The position numbers were made by a program, and so were the translations under genes. 64,000 bases of DNA from Lama glama (lineage: Eukaryota), in assembly GCA_028534125.1 (NCBI GenBank), contig CM052816.1:48114001-48178000 (forward strand), read 5' to 3'. The notes below the pieces were generated by a model. It searched no databases, had not been told where the DNA came from, and saw nothing but the letters and a program-made list of their open reading frames with translations. Positions 1 to 13,720 of this stretch are shown here, in pieces. Every line of letters starts with the position of its first letter. The stretch's first letter is position 1.

Positions 1-1039
1 ATTGGAAGTATTTAACTTCCTTGATTTTTCTCCTCAACAAAGACCAACAGTCACCAATTCAGAGTCCCTTATTCTTTGAACAAAATACTTCTCAAACTTT
101 GTATTCCCTGTCAAAAATAGACTTTCATCAAGAAATAGATTTTAACAGTGGATTATAATATAAGGTCTATGATTGCTAGTCTGACTGGGTTCTTTAGTCA
201 GAGAGTTTTATCAAAATCTAATGAAATTGTTAGAGCCATGGTGCTCAGACTAGAGGGAGGAGTAAATCCCACATGTGGAATTTCTCATTTATATGGCCAA
301 GAATTACTTCATTGAATTTCCTCTCCAGTTTTGGATATTTGGACATAAACTTCAATTAATCATTGATCTCTACTTTGGGATAGGAGATGAGAGTAGAAAA
401 TAGATTGTTTCTCCAAAGCAGATAAACTAGAAGATACATTTTCAGAGGCTTATCTCTTATTATAGTTTTAGTTTACAATGATATGTTCAGGCAAAATTAT
501 CTTTATCTAAGTTAAGCACCATGTTAGGAGCCTCAAGCTCCTATTACAGGACTGGTAAGCATACAAATGTTAAATGTGTAAATTAAAGAGAAGAGACCTT
601 TGCAGAATTCCACAGACTTCATCAAATCAGGAAGTGGAGAGCAAGAGGTGAGGGCAAGCCATAGTCATTAGAAATAGAGGCTTGGCATTGAGAGTCTTTT
701 TCTTTTGATTATCCAGATACATTCATATATGTCTTTTTCAGGAGGAAAAACACAGCTGTCACAAGTAGCTTGTGAACATTTGTGCTTCTTGATGCTGATT
801 TTTTATGACGTACGAGGGTTCTCTTTCTATCGTTTGGTCATTAGCAAAAGGAGGAAGATTTTTTATGCTACTTTATTTTACAAACCCTTTTACTGCACTT
901 ACTATGTGCATGCATTTATTACACATATTAATTCCTTAGTGGCTCTTATCATGCCAGAGACTAAGCACCTTTAAAATATGCAGAGCTCAATTCACACAGC
1001 AGAGTAGTGCTTCCAAGTGGTGAGCATTTCTAACCCATT

Positions 1040-1572
1040 TTAACTAGTTAGAACCTGAATGCCTTCCTAGGGATTGAGGAATTCCTCACATTATGAGTCT
1101 TGATCAGAGGCTGGAATATGAAATTGTCAAGTACTTTCTTTCCCAGCTTCCCTTCAACCAGGTTGCAAGTACATGTCCTTGGGTCCACTACTCACACGGA
1201 TCCCCCCCAGAGTTGGGTTCAGAAGCTGGGAATTAACAAGAGGAAACTAGAAAATAACACCTGACGGTGGAGTCAGTGAAAACATGATTGAGTTTCTGGG
1301 GCAAGAGTAGCAGCAGTGCCAGTTGTAGCACCCATTGTCAACTGTCACTGTTACAGTAATGCCAGTCTTGGCAATGGTCCTGTACTGGAACTGGTTGGGT
1401 GGTAGAAGTTCTGTGGCATGATCTTAACCATCATCTTAAACTGTTTCTGAACCTGGTCTCCAGTCTTCCTATGATTGTTTGAGCTAATGATAAATTTTTA
1501 ATACACCTCTTTTATGCTGAAATTAACTTGAATCTGCTTCTGTGGCTTACAACTAAAATTCTTGAATGAAAC
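1040..1572 (+). mobile_element. Old ERVL-class solo LTR (LTR33/LTR16-like)
   Basis: 3' end 'ttttatgctgaaattaacttgaatctgcttctgtggcttacaactaaaattcttgaatgaaaca' resembles the recalled LTR33/LTR16 terminus; 5' boundary approximate. Confidence 0.55.
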
Positions 1573-2157
1573 ACACCAAATATTAGACATAAGCAGTGAA
1601 AACTTTTCATTTATTACGGAAATCTGTGAGTTTATGGCCAATTTTCCTCCCTCATAGAACAAAGGATCAGGCACAAAAACTGCAAACTGAAATGGTATAT
1701 TATTTTCCAAGGCCCAGCACTTTCAAAGAACATGTAAGTAATCACTTCAGAGCATACAAAATTTTTAAAGCGAATTTAAAATTGTGTTTTGCCAAATGCT
1801 AGTTCTTCAAGAGAGAAGGCCTGAAAAGGAAGGCTGTCTAATAATTTTGAAAATAGAGCAAATCACACACTCTTCTTAGTACATTGTCATACTCTGGAGT
1901 CTAAGAAGTCCTACATAAAAGATAACATTTTTAATTTACACTGAAGTTTTCCAAAAATATTGGATGCTGCAATAATTGTCATGAAATACTTATTAGTATT
2001 CCTGAAACCAGTGTCCTGTGGAACATTCTTGGAAGACATAGAAATGTTTATTTAGTTATTGAGTACTCACTGAAGGCAAGATGATATGTTTAATTAACAT
2101 GAAAATTTTAAAACAACTAGTTTTAGTTTTCCTTTTAAAAGTTTTAAAGACATTGAA

Positions 2158-2290
2158 ACTCTGAGCTTCAGTCTCTTCATCTGCAGTGTGGAAAAAATAA
2201 TAGTACCTATATCATAGGATTGTTTTGATATTAAAAGAAATAATATGAGTAAAACCTTTAGGAAAATGCCTGCGTAAGTGTTACCATTAG
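2158..2290 (+). mobile_element. MIR SINE fragment
   Basis: MIR core 'ctctgagcttcagtctcttcatctgcagtgtgg...aataatagtacctatatcataggattgttt'. Confidence 0.75.
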
Positions 2291-5200
2291 TAAAGGCACG
2301 GACTTTCTTTTTTCTGACAAGAAAGGAAGTTAATGAAAGTACATAATAGTCTGGGAAGCAGGTGTGAAAAAGCTTTTTTTTAGTGGAAGGATTAATGTGA
2401 AAATGCTATCTTTTAAACTGCCCTCAAACAACTATGATGCTAATTAATATTTCAATTTTCATAGAGATTAGACAGGAATTAATGCAGGGTAAACAGTCTG
2501 TCCATTTTTAATCAGCTACTTTGATATACTACTCTGCAGAAACCTTCTTATATTCTGATTTTTAGATGTGCCACTTTTTATTGAAAAGCTGCAGAAGCAG
2601 AATCCCCTGGTTACCTGTCAACTGTGCACCTGAAGACTTTTCAAATAATGTACAAAACATGCATAAAACTGTTAAGCAAATAATGGATTTTGTGCAAGGC
2701 ATGTTCCCAGGTGGTATTTTGGAAATATAGCTTGTCTTGTAATGTTATGTCTGGTGAACTCAAGAACAGAGGGCAAAATTGCTATCAAGAGTAAATGATT
2801 GGAATCCAATTTTTCTGTTAACTGAACTGAACCCATATGCAGATTCTAAACTAATATTCCTCAGGTTTGATAGGCATATTCTATTAGCAATTTTCTACTC
2901 ACCATGTATTGTAATTTAGTATTTAATTATTTGATGAAATAAATCATCAGTTGAAACTTATTATATTAAAAAACATAAAAATAAGTCCTTTTCCACACAC
3001 CAGTGCTTTGAAAAACTGGCTTGTCAAACTCAAAATGGCAAAATTAATAAAATGAGTAGCTAAACATCTTATTTTGCAAATGTACTCTTGGATGTATTTT
3101 TAAACCATAATTGAAAAAATATTTATCTATTGACTTTTCAATAAGTAAATGTTTATTTTCTTTTATTTAGTAATTGTGAAAACAAATTGCCTGGTCATAT
3201 TTGAAACAAAGAAATCAAATCTTGGTCAATTTGTTATAGATAACTAATAAATTATATGATTGCAATTTTTTCATAGTGTTTTGTTTAATCATTAAAGTGA
3301 TTAGAATATATATAGACACTTAATAATAATGTTAAAATATGCAGAAAACTCTTAGTATTAAGTACTGAAGAGTCAGGGGGTGATTTGAATGTTGTCTACG
3401 AAAACATTATCTGCACTGAAGAAAAATCAAGGCTGAGGATGAGCTCCTTGAGAGACTCGTTTATAGACAAGAAAAATCTTCACTGTATCCTTTCAGGGTA
3501 CATATTCAGTAAGATTAGGAGAAATAACTTTTCTGCTGTACGTCTACAAGCATCTTTCTCTGGGACAATTTACAAGTAGGAAAAAGCCTGTTTTCAAGGG
3601 TAACAACATAGTCTGAATAGAAATTGGGAGGAGACATCTGATATTTTAAGTTCTTATCATGGATAAGATTTAAACATAAGATTTTTGTCTTATGTGAGAA
3701 ATGCAGTAGTTCCCCATTTCTTTGCCCAAAAGATTTGCCACAGAAAATTAAACCAGGAGGTATAGTCTAAATGCTCCATGGTGATAAATTTACTATTTTG
3801 CATATTGTCGTTATTAATTTTCAGGAACCACATCTAACACACACAAGCCCCTTTTACTCAGTTTATGGAGGGAGGGCTGATCCATGAGAAGATGAAGGCA
3901 GTATGGTATATCGCCTTCTCCTTCACACTTGCCTACCTCAGGGCCTTTCTTGAGGCTTACGTGGAGCCTCTGCTAATGTCAGGTGTGCATAGCTGGTCTG
4001 GCCTTACTTCTGTAGGTTGGTAATTCTGTTCATTCCAGTGGAAGGTGGTATTTCTCTTTCTCTGTGCCTTTCTTCTGTTTTCACCTTTTTCATTTTTGCT
4101 CTATCTCTTAGGCTCCATATAACTCAGTTGTTTTCACTAGGTAAGGTGACAGTGGGGGATTGGTGCTGGATCACTTGATATTGAATGCTTTCCCATAGTG
4201 CTAATCTGTTCCAGTGCCAAGGAGTCCATTCATTTCCTTCTTCCTGAGAGACTAAGTTCCTTATGTAGTACACTGGGTCATCCCCTTCACATTGGACTTG
4301 ATTTTCTATGCTTTCAGTTAACTTTGCCTGTCCACAACCACAGGCTCATTTTCTTATTCTTATTTTCATTTAAGCCTGTGGAATCTTCACCATAAAACAA
4401 AACTACATTTGCTTTTATTACAGGAGCAATTTTATTATCTTTAAAACGAAGCACCAAGGTATTTACTAGCTTTAGTTCAATTTCAGTAAATTAATGGCAA
4501 AGTATTTTGTGTAGAATTAAAAGTTATTTCAGGAAATAGGGTCTTATGTTATAGACAAGGTCATTACTGCCTACATCACCTTATTTTTAGTCAAGAGTTT
4601 TTGTTTAAGAATGTGCTGAGTATTGAACAAAAGGAATAAAAAATCTATTTGAGGGTTCTCTTTTCAAGCCATAGATTTCATAAGAAAAAGGGGCACTCTA
4701 TTTTAAGTTTATAGAATTCCTAGGAATCTGCTCTTGTACCAGTAACAATGCAAAGCATTATTTAATTTTTTCATAACTTCTAGAAACTTTGCCTTGGACT
4801 GTTTATAGTATATGGTTATCAATGTTTAGTTTTTTCTACAGAGTAGACTGTAGATTAGTTGAATATTAATGAATGAATTATGGCTTGAGATTAATTCAAA
4901 ATTTAACTAGACACATTTCTTATCATTTATAATTTTGATTATTTTTCTTTGTATTCTAAACTCTTATTTATATCTCTTTTTATAATCTGTTAATATGAAC
5001 CTGGTAATTACCATATTAAAACAAATTAACTATAAATTGCCCTCCTTTTGTATTAGAAATAGTTTGTCTGTGCTGAAGTTCCATCCTGAGGTACATCTAT
5101 ACCATTCTGATTTTGATGCCTGGCAAAAGCTGCTCAAAAATGGGTCTTTTTCTAGAACATTCCCTATACCTCCCCTTTTTGATACAATTATTTAGGTTAG

Positions 5201-5614
5201 CAAGCAGAATCTCTTAAAGTGTAAGTACTCCAGAGGAAGAATAAATCAAGATACTTATTTATTAAATAATTTGGTAAACATGCAGATAGCAGGTTTAGAA
5301 TAAAGCTGATGGTGTATAGATCTCTGATGGAGACAGAGGGTGTCTAACGTGGTGAGAGACATTGATTTCCTCTTTGCTAGAGGAGGAAATATATGCATAA
5401 TATACTGTTACTTATTAAATTTAAGTCTAAGTGAAGTTGAGGTGTTGTTTTACTTTGAATTATTGAACCACATGAAGAAAGCATCATTTTGGTTATCAAA
5501 TATATAAAGGAGACTAGAGAAAATTTATCACATAGATTTTTCAGGATAAGGAGTATAAAATATAAGGAAAACACTGAATGTTGACACATCTCTTCTTTAG
5601 TCAATAAATAAAAC

Positions 5615-5794
5615 TTTTTTTAAACATTTTTTATTGATTTATAATCATTTTACAATGTTGTGTCAAATTCCAGTGTTCAGCACAATTTTTCAGTCATTCA
5701 TGGACATATACACACTCATTGTCACATTTTTTTCTCTGTGATTTATCATAACATTTTATGTATATTTCCCTGTGCTATACAGTGTAATCTTGTT
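5615..5794 (-). mobile_element. Short 5'-truncated L1 3' end (young, camelid-type)
   Basis: T-rich start 'ttttttaaacattttttattgattt...tacaatgttgtgtcaaattccagtg...ttccctgtgctatacag' is the reverse complement of an L1 3'UTR. Confidence 0.8.
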
Positions 5795-6109
5795 ACTTTA
5801 AAAATTTATTTGATTTTTTAAAATTTATTTATTATTTAGTCTTTTTCTTACAGTTCTTAATACCTTACTCATTCACCAAATATCTGATAAACTAATGCAT
5901 TAATTAACAAAAGACATGATACATGGATTTAGGCTACATAATCATGTTTAATACTTGTGTATGAATTTTAAACCAACAAAGTCATAGACTCAAATCTGTG
6001 TTTTACAAAGATAAATACAGTGACACTAGTAAAAGTAGATCATGCTTTACTTTTTAAATGCTTATTCGTGCAGGTATCGTTATGCTAGATCTTGTTACCA
6101 GTAAACAAA

Positions 6110-7650
6110 GGAATAACCCTCCCAGACTTCAGACAATACTACAGAGCTACAGTAATCAAAAGAACATGGTATTAGTACAAAAACAGACATATGGATCAAT
6201 GGAACAGAATAGAGAGCCCAGAAATAAACCCACAAACTTTTGGTCAATTAATCTTTGACAAAGGAGGCAAGAACATACAAGGGAGTAAAGACAGTCTCTT
6301 TAGCAAATGATGTTGGGAAACTAGACAGTTGCATGTAAATCAATGAAGTTAGAATACTCCCTCACATCATACACAAAAATAAGCTCAAAATGGCTTAAAG
6401 ACTTAAATATAAGACAGGACACAATAAACCTCCTAGAAGAAAACACAGGCAGAACACTCTCTCACATAAATCTCAGCAATGCTCTCCTAGGGCAGTCTAC
6501 CCAGACAATAGAAATAAAAGCAAAAACAAACAAATGGGACCTAATTCAACTTACAAGCTTTTGCACAAGAAAAGAAACTATAAGCAAAACAAAAAGACAA
6601 CCTACAGAATGGGAGACAGTATTTGCAAAAGATGAGACTGACAAGGGCTTAATCTGCAGAATATACAAACAGTTCATACAGCTTAATAGGGAAAAAACTA
6701 AACAACCCAATCCCAAAGTGGGCAGAAGACCTAAAAAAGCAATTCTCCAGTGAAGACATACAAATGGCTAATGGGCACATGAAAAAATGCTCAATATTGC
6801 TAATTATCAAAGAAATGTAAATCAAAACTACAAGTATCACCTTACACCAGTCAGAAGGGCCATCATTTAAAAAATCCACAAATGATAAATGCTGGAGAGG
6901 GTGTGGAGAAAAGGGAACCCTCCTACGCTGTTGGTGGGAATGTAATTTGGTGTAGCCACTATGGAAAACAGTATGGAGAATCCTCAAAAAACTAAAAATT
7001 GACTTACCATATGATCCAGCAATCCCACTGCTGGGCATATTTCCAGAGGGAACCTTAATTCAAAAAGACACATGCATCCCAATATTCATAGCAGCACTAT
7101 TTTCAATAGCCAAGACATGGAAACAAACTAAGTGTATATTGACAGATGACAGGTTAAAGACATTCTGGTAAATTTATACAATGAGATACTACTCAGTTAT
7201 AAAAGGTAATAAAATAATGTCTTTTGCAGCAACATGGGTAGACCTGGAGATTGCTATTCTAAGTGAAGTAAGTCAGAAAGAGAAAGAAAAATATCATGTG
7301 ATATCACTTATATGTGAAATCTAAAAAAAAAAACAAAAGACAAACTTATTTACAAAACAGAAACAGATTCACAGTTATAGAAAACAAACTTATGGTTACC
7401 AGAGGGGAAAAGGGGTGGGAAGGGATAAGTTTGGAGTTTGAGATTTGTAGATACTAACTAATATATATGGATAGATAAACAAGAAGTTTATACTGTGTAA
7501 CACTGGGAAATATATTCAATATCTTGTAGTAACTTATGGTGAAAAAGAATATGAAAATGATGAATATATGTATGTTCATGTATGACTGAAGCATTTTGCT
7601 GTACATCAGAAATTGACACACTTCAATAAAAAATACATAAAAAATCAAAA
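6110..7650 (+). mobile_element. 5'-truncated L1: ORF2 C-terminal remnant, 3'UTR and A-rich tail
   Basis: ORF 6343..6753 (KWLKDLNIR...KWDLIQLTSFCTRKETI...QPTEWE) is L1 ORF2p-like with stops and frameshifts; 3'UTR ends 'cttcaataaaaaatacataaaaaa'. Confidence 0.95.
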
Positions 7651-7989
7651 GCATAAAATAACCATAAAGATAACAAATATTAAAAACTATAAAATGAAAT
7701 GTAGAGTAAATAAAAATACTATAAATGCCATACAAATGTACTTCAGACAGTAATGAAGGTACAAACAAGGAAGTGTTTTGATTTGGTTGGGAAGGTTAAT
7801 AAATTTGTCATCTAGAGGTGACATTTAAGTTGATCCTTGAGAGGTGATAGAATTTTGAAAGGTAATGATATTGAAAGGGCATTCTAAGTGGAGGAAAACA
7901 TGAACATACTTAAGCACATTGCTCTCCAAACTTAAAACTTCTAATGAAGGGAAAACTAGTATAAACCCGGTGTCAACTTGAAAATAAAA

Positions 7990-9075
7990 TAAAATAAAAA
8001 TACTTGCAAAATAAATATCTAATAAAGTACTGTTATGCAAAGTATATTTAAAAATCTTAAAATTCAGCAACAAGAAAATGAAAACCTTGATGAAGAAATT
8101 GGCCAACTACCCTAACAGACATCTCAACAAAGAAGATACATTAATTGTGAATAGACATATGAAAACCTGATCTACATCATGTATCACCAGAGAAATGCAA
8201 ATTAAAACAATGAGATAACACTACACTTCTATTAGAATGGCCAAAATGCAGAACAGAACACTGACAACACCAAATCCTGGCAAGAATGTGCAGCAACAGA
8301 GGAACTCTCATCATTCCTCTGTGTGGGGAGTGTAGTGACTGAAAGACAGTTTGGTAGTTTCTTACAAAACTAAATACAATTTTACCATATGATCCAGGAA
8401 TCTTGCTCCTTAGCATCCACCGAAAGTTGTTGAAAACCTATCTCCACACAAAAACCTTCACATCAATGTTTATAGCAGCTTTATTCATATCTGCCAAAAC
8501 TTGGAAGCAAGCAAGACATCCCTCAGTAAGTGAATGAATAAATAAATCGTGGTACACCTAGACAATAGAGTATTATTCAGTTGAAAAAAGAAATGAGCTA
8601 TCAAGCTTTGAAAAGACATAGAGGAAACTTAGATGCATATTACTAAGTGAAAGATTCCCAATATAAGAGAATCTGGAAAAGGTAAAACAATGGAGACATT
8701 AAAAAGATCAGTGGTTGCCAGAGGCTGACAGGTGGTAGTTAGGGGAAAGACTTGAATACACAGACCGTTCAGAATTTTTAGGGCAGAGGAATAACTTGGT
8801 ATGATACCATAACAATGGATATCTGTCATAATACATTTGTCTAAACTGATAAGATGTATGACACCAAGAGTAAACAGTAATGTAAACTATGGTCTTGGGA
8901 TGAGTATGATGTGCCAATGAAGGTTCATAAATTGTAAGAACGTGCATCACTCTGGTGGGGGATGTTGGTAATGGGGGAGGCTATGCATGTGTGGGGGTGT
9001 GGGGAATATGGGAAATCACCGTACTTCCCTCTAAATTTTGTTGTAAACCTAAAACTGTTCTAAAAAATTGTCATA
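7990..9075 (+). mobile_element. Older L1 (L1MC-like) 3' region
   Basis: 'gaaatgcaaattaaaacaatgagata...ctgacaacaccaaatcctggcaagaatgtg' and terminus 'tttgttgtaaacctaaaactgttctaaaaaa'. Confidence 0.88.
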
Positions 9076-9122
9076 AAATTTTAAAAATTAAATGATAATA
9101 ATAGTAATAATAATTAAAACTT

Positions 9123-9216
9123 GAAAAAAGACCTAGTGGTTGTCAGAGGTTTCGGTGGAATGAAGGAGAAATAGGTGGAGCAAAGAAGGGTATTTGGGCA
9201 GCAAAATTATTCTCTA
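9123..9216 (+). mobile_element. Second short L1MC-like 3'UTR fragment
   Basis: 'aaaaagacctagtggttgtcagagg...' corresponds to the same consensus position as 8700-8800. Confidence 0.55.
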
Positions 9217-10005
9217 GACAAGGGCCCAGAAAAATAAAATAGGCGGTGCTCAGATCTGTGGTGAGTGAAATTAGAACTCACCTACAGAAAAAGTAAAAAG
9301 TATCTAAGTAGAACTGAAAACCTCCCTGTATTCAGGGTGCATTAATATGTAGTGAAAACAATTAGCAAATGTTCATGATCTTCTATAGCAACACCTGTGA
9401 GGAAACAGGAGGGGATAAAACATACAGCAATTTGTCACTGGGTTGAATGTGGCAGGACAGATAATTGTAGGACGCAGATAAGATCACTGTTGAAAGGAAT
9501 TAATGTGTCCTTCCAACTGAGGTAGAAAGCTAAATGATACAGCAATAATACGTGGGAAATAGAAGTGCTTGAAGTAAGAGGTCTTGATGAGCTCTAAGTA
9601 GGCGGTGGAGAAAAAAAAAGAAAGTTATTTTGTGGACAGTACTTAAGTGAAGTCTGGTGGTGGCGTGAAGGTTGGCAAAGAAATAAAATGTTGTTACCAT
9701 CTTTATAGAGAGTACAAACTAGTTTGAGAGGGAAAACATACATATCCATTTTTACATATTTTCTATATAATGATAATTATTTGAAAATTAAGTAGGAGAT
9801 ATAAATTATAAGAGTTCTTGGTATTCACAGACAGAAGAGGTCTTATAATAAATGGAAGAGGAGGTTGAGCTTGGCCTGATGCTGAAGAATGAATCAATTT
9901 TAGATAAATATAAGGTAGAAGGGAACTATTCTATTTGTTCTAGTAACATAATACGAACAAAGGTGCCGATGTGAGATGAGACCAAAATCAACAGTAATGA
10001 TGTGT

Positions 10006-10024
10006 ACACACACACACACACACA
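10006..10024. repeat. (AC)n microsatellite
   Basis: 19-bp pure AC run. Confidence 0.9.
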
Positions 10025-10544
10025 TTACTATTTAATATACAGTAACCCTGGAAATAGAAACCTATAGTTTGCCCTAAATTATATGGTGAGAGTACCAGAA
10101 ATCAAATTAAGGTTTGTGTGATATCAAAGGCATGTTTTTAATAAGTAGATTTTATTGCTTTATTATATCGACCTGCATGGCTGTTATCAAGGATTTCTTC
10201 CTTTTGATTATAGGGAAATGTACCATTTCATTTGCTATGTGACTTAAGGTCCCTATCCATCCTACATCTCAGCCACACTGAAGTACTCTGTAACCTAAAG
10301 ACACCACATTTCTTTTGCACACAATTGCCTCTGGCAAAAATAAAATTCCTTTATTCACCCATAAAACTCTCAGGCATTAATTTTTTTTTACCATGCCTTT
10401 TTTTAGGATCCAGTTTAAGCCTCTGTTTTGGTGAAGTCTCTCTTTACAAATCTATGTAAGACTTATCGTTCTTTCCTTTGTGACACCATTGAATTTGGAA
10501 TATATTTCTACACTTATACAAAGCATGTTATATTAAAGTTAATT

Positions 10545-10695
10545 TTTGAATGTCTGCCTTTTCTTCCATAATGTCGATTTCTTGAGAGTGGAGTTAGAGT
10601 CACACGCATTATTGTTTCCCTAGTGCCTAGCACAGTGTCTAACAGGAAAGTGTTAGTCAATAATTGTTTTTTAAATTAATAATGAATGGATGAAA
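10545..10695 (+). mobile_element. L2 3' end
   Basis: 'ccctagtgcctagcacagtgtct...tcaataattg...aatgaatggatgaa'. Confidence 0.75.
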
Positions 10696-10764
10696 GGCAG
10701 GTAAGTGAGACAGACTTATGAAAGTTCTGAAAGGCAGACAGGGGTGTGAATTCATTCCATAAAT

Positions 10765-10936
10765 TAGTGGTTTTCAAACCGTGCACTAACGAACACTTCT
10801 ACAGGGCCATTTCAACCAGACTTTAAGTTCTTACCAAATCAGAATTACTCTTGTATATTTTTTGCATTGTGAGTTTCTACATAAAATTTCATTTAAGGAA
10901 AAGATTCTACAGATAAAAACTCTTCAGAAGCCACTG
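10765..10936. mobile_element. hAT-Charlie-type MITE
   Basis: Imperfect terminal inverted repeats 'tagtggttttcaaa' ... 'ttcagaagccactg'. Confidence 0.5.
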
Positions 10937-11044
10937 CAAAGTAATAGAGTATTATAAATTTTCAACAAAAGAATGACAAGATAAATGGTTTATTTCAAAA
11001 CTACTTTGGCATGTATATTTCTAGACTTTCCTTGTTCTCTTTCT

Positions 11045-11255
11045 CTCATATCTATGTCATTATATACATTATATAATTTATAGACATATATGTATATCAT
11101 ATACATATGTATATATTATATACCAGACATATATCTATATAATGTATATATTATATACATTAGACACATATATCTATATATGTATATATTATATACATTT
11201 TAGACTTTGTATATGTCTAATGTGTGCATATATACATACATACATATACATACCT
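11045..11255. repeat. TA-rich low-complexity tract with ~37-40 bp higher-order unit
   Basis: 'agacatatatctatataatgtatatattatatacatt' recurs imperfectly 2-3 times. Confidence 0.8.
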
Positions 11256-12384
11256 TATACAATTTACCTAGCTTAGGTTTGACCAGCTGATGCTCTAAAT
11301 TTATTTAGGCGCATTCCTAGCTTCTAGGCAGATACTCATTTTCAAGATTGTGTTTTGATGTAAAAGCGACTTGCTCAGTGGGGAGATTGATCAAATCTGC
11401 TTTGCTACTGTGTATAAGTGATTTGGAGCATATATGCTAAAGGAAAGTTTTCAGTGTCCAAGTGTTTTATCTACCTGATGCCAAGACACCAGATATTGGC
11501 AGATGTTTGGATAGTTAAATTTTCTACTTTTCATCTGAGTGCTCTGGAAATCATGTAGGCACTGCCTCAGAAGATATGTCTTTAAGGATTAGATTTATAG
11601 AGTTCTCCATAATGGAGGACACCAAAGAGACCACTTCTTTTGAGTATTTAGAAATGTAAATATATTCTTGTTTAATTGTTTGGTTCTCAAACCTCATAAA
11701 GAACAGCTGGAACTGGAATTCTGTAATTTCTAAGGCTAATAAACTAATATTGTAGGATGGCTTTACGCTTATAGAGGAGATACTATGTTCTATGAAATTC
11801 AATAAGGCATTTGTTTCTGTACATGGACAAATTAATCCTGAATGTACATGGTAAAATGATAATAAAACAAGGTTTCTGGCTTTGTAGCCTATCAAAACAC
11901 TCAGCACTGTTAGCTATGGTGCTTAATTTTATCATAAAATATCTGTCTAAACACATTAGTGTTCTTAAGTTTCCAAAGGCTTATTCTAATTTTAGAAAAC
12001 AAAGGATTTGAAATACTTCTTTATCAGTTTCTAGGTAAACGGTGATTATAACTTTTTGTAACTCTTTAAATAATTGCTGTAATTCTAGTAGAAATTTCAC
12101 AATGCAACAAAGTTTTTTTTTTTCTAATGAGACTTTGCAGACACAACTTCTTTCCATGCCTGAAAACAGCGAATCATGTGAATTCTTGAAACTCACTTTC
12201 CTATCACTCACCATGTGACTATAACTTGGAGACTGAAAATATTATCAGCCAATTAATTCCAAGTTACTAAGAGCAGCAGCAAGATGCAAATGACAAAATA
12301 ATGGAGCGAGAACTACTTAATTTATTAAGTGATAGAAGCACAAAAAAAATGAATGTGCATATGCTTCAGTTATTCAACATTCTT

Positions 12385-12510
12385 TTGTTAATTAAACAAA
12401 TATTTCCTAAGCACATCCTGTGCCAACACCATTCTAAGCCATAGGAATTATACAGATCTGAATAAAAGCCAGGCCTTAAATGTAATGTGCTCACAGAGGA
12501 ATAGATGGAC
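12385..12510 (-). mobile_element. L2 fragment
   Basis: 'aacaaatatttcctaagcacatcctgtgccaacaccattctaagcc' is the reverse of the L2 3' end. Confidence 0.55.
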
Positions 12511-13499
12511 AGACTTCTGCCTACAAATGTAACAGAAACTTTCTTGAAGGAATTCCACTTAATAGTTAATTAAATTGTACCACATGAAGTGGTGTTCTCA
12601 TTTCTACTATAATAGATAACTGAGGGATGTTTATAGTACATTAAAAGTTAGGGTAGTTTGGGATGTTTTCTGCTTTCACTCCCAATAGTGTTGCATGCTT
12701 ATCAAGAGAACTGGGCATTTTTCCCAATCATGTTTATGTCAATTGAACTCACTATTAATCTAATTTAAAAGTCCCATAAATTGGTGTATACAGCAGAGTG
12801 ATACAGCTTAATAATCACGATGATAACAATGATGAAGAAACATACGCCCATGTACCCACAACCAGCTTAAGAAAAAGAGCAATACTAATATTTTGCAACC
12901 TCATCCCTATGAATTGTGTTTTTCATAATTTCACAGTTTAATTAATATTACATAAATGGCTATAAATTACATAAATGTGTATAAAAGGAAATTGTCATTT
13001 ATGTGATTTCTGTGAAAATGTTTTGGAAATAACTGATAAAAATTAAGTCACTAAAATTAATACTGATTTACAGTATGAGTGAAAAGCCTACAAATGTTGA
13101 GGGAAAAAAATCATTAAAATCAGGAAATACATTTTTTTTCAGAACTTTTTATTTTTGATTTCTCATGACACTTGAGTAAGACCAAAAGTTGAATCCTATG
13201 AAAGAGTATGTAAAATTTGTATCAGCAGATTCATACTCAAATAAAGGACTTTGGTCCAATATCATGATATTGGCAAATGGAAGTACACTATGTCATAAGA
13301 TAAAATATAATGTTCTGATATGAATGTGTGACTTTTCAATTACCTGATTTCAAAGCCATTTTTTGTTTAACTGAAAAACTACCCAATTCAAGGATGATGT
13401 ATAAAAAAATTTCAACTTTAAGTACAAAGTAATGAGTTTTGAAGGAAGTGTCTACAAGGATACCTTATTCAAGTGTTTAAATGCCACATCCTAGGTCAG

Positions 13500-13720
13500 G
13501 TCATAAGAAATGATCCTAGTTAAGCTAGCCCTTCGTTAGCTCTCTTTATTCTACAAACCATACTTTATTTTTCTTTATGGTACCATTACTACCAGTCACT
13601 GCATTTTATTTGCATTTATTTTCTGCCTTCTTCACAAGAATATGACTTTCATGAGATCAGGCCACATTATATTCAGTACTTCAGGAAGACAGGAGCAGGT
13701 CAGTAAATATGTGCTGAAGT
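13500..13720 (+). mobile_element. L2 fragment
   Basis: 'ctgccttcttcacaagaatatgactttcatgagatcagg...caggagcaggtcagtaaatatgtgctgaa'. Confidence 0.55.

Noticed and set aside
6343..6753. 136-aa ORF as a host gene
   Set aside because: It is an L1 ORF2p remnant surrounded by stops and frameshifts
6649..7038. 129-aa minus-strand ORF (and similar ORFs at 8177, 36115, 36425, 38652)
   Set aside because: Typical antisense translations of L1 sequence
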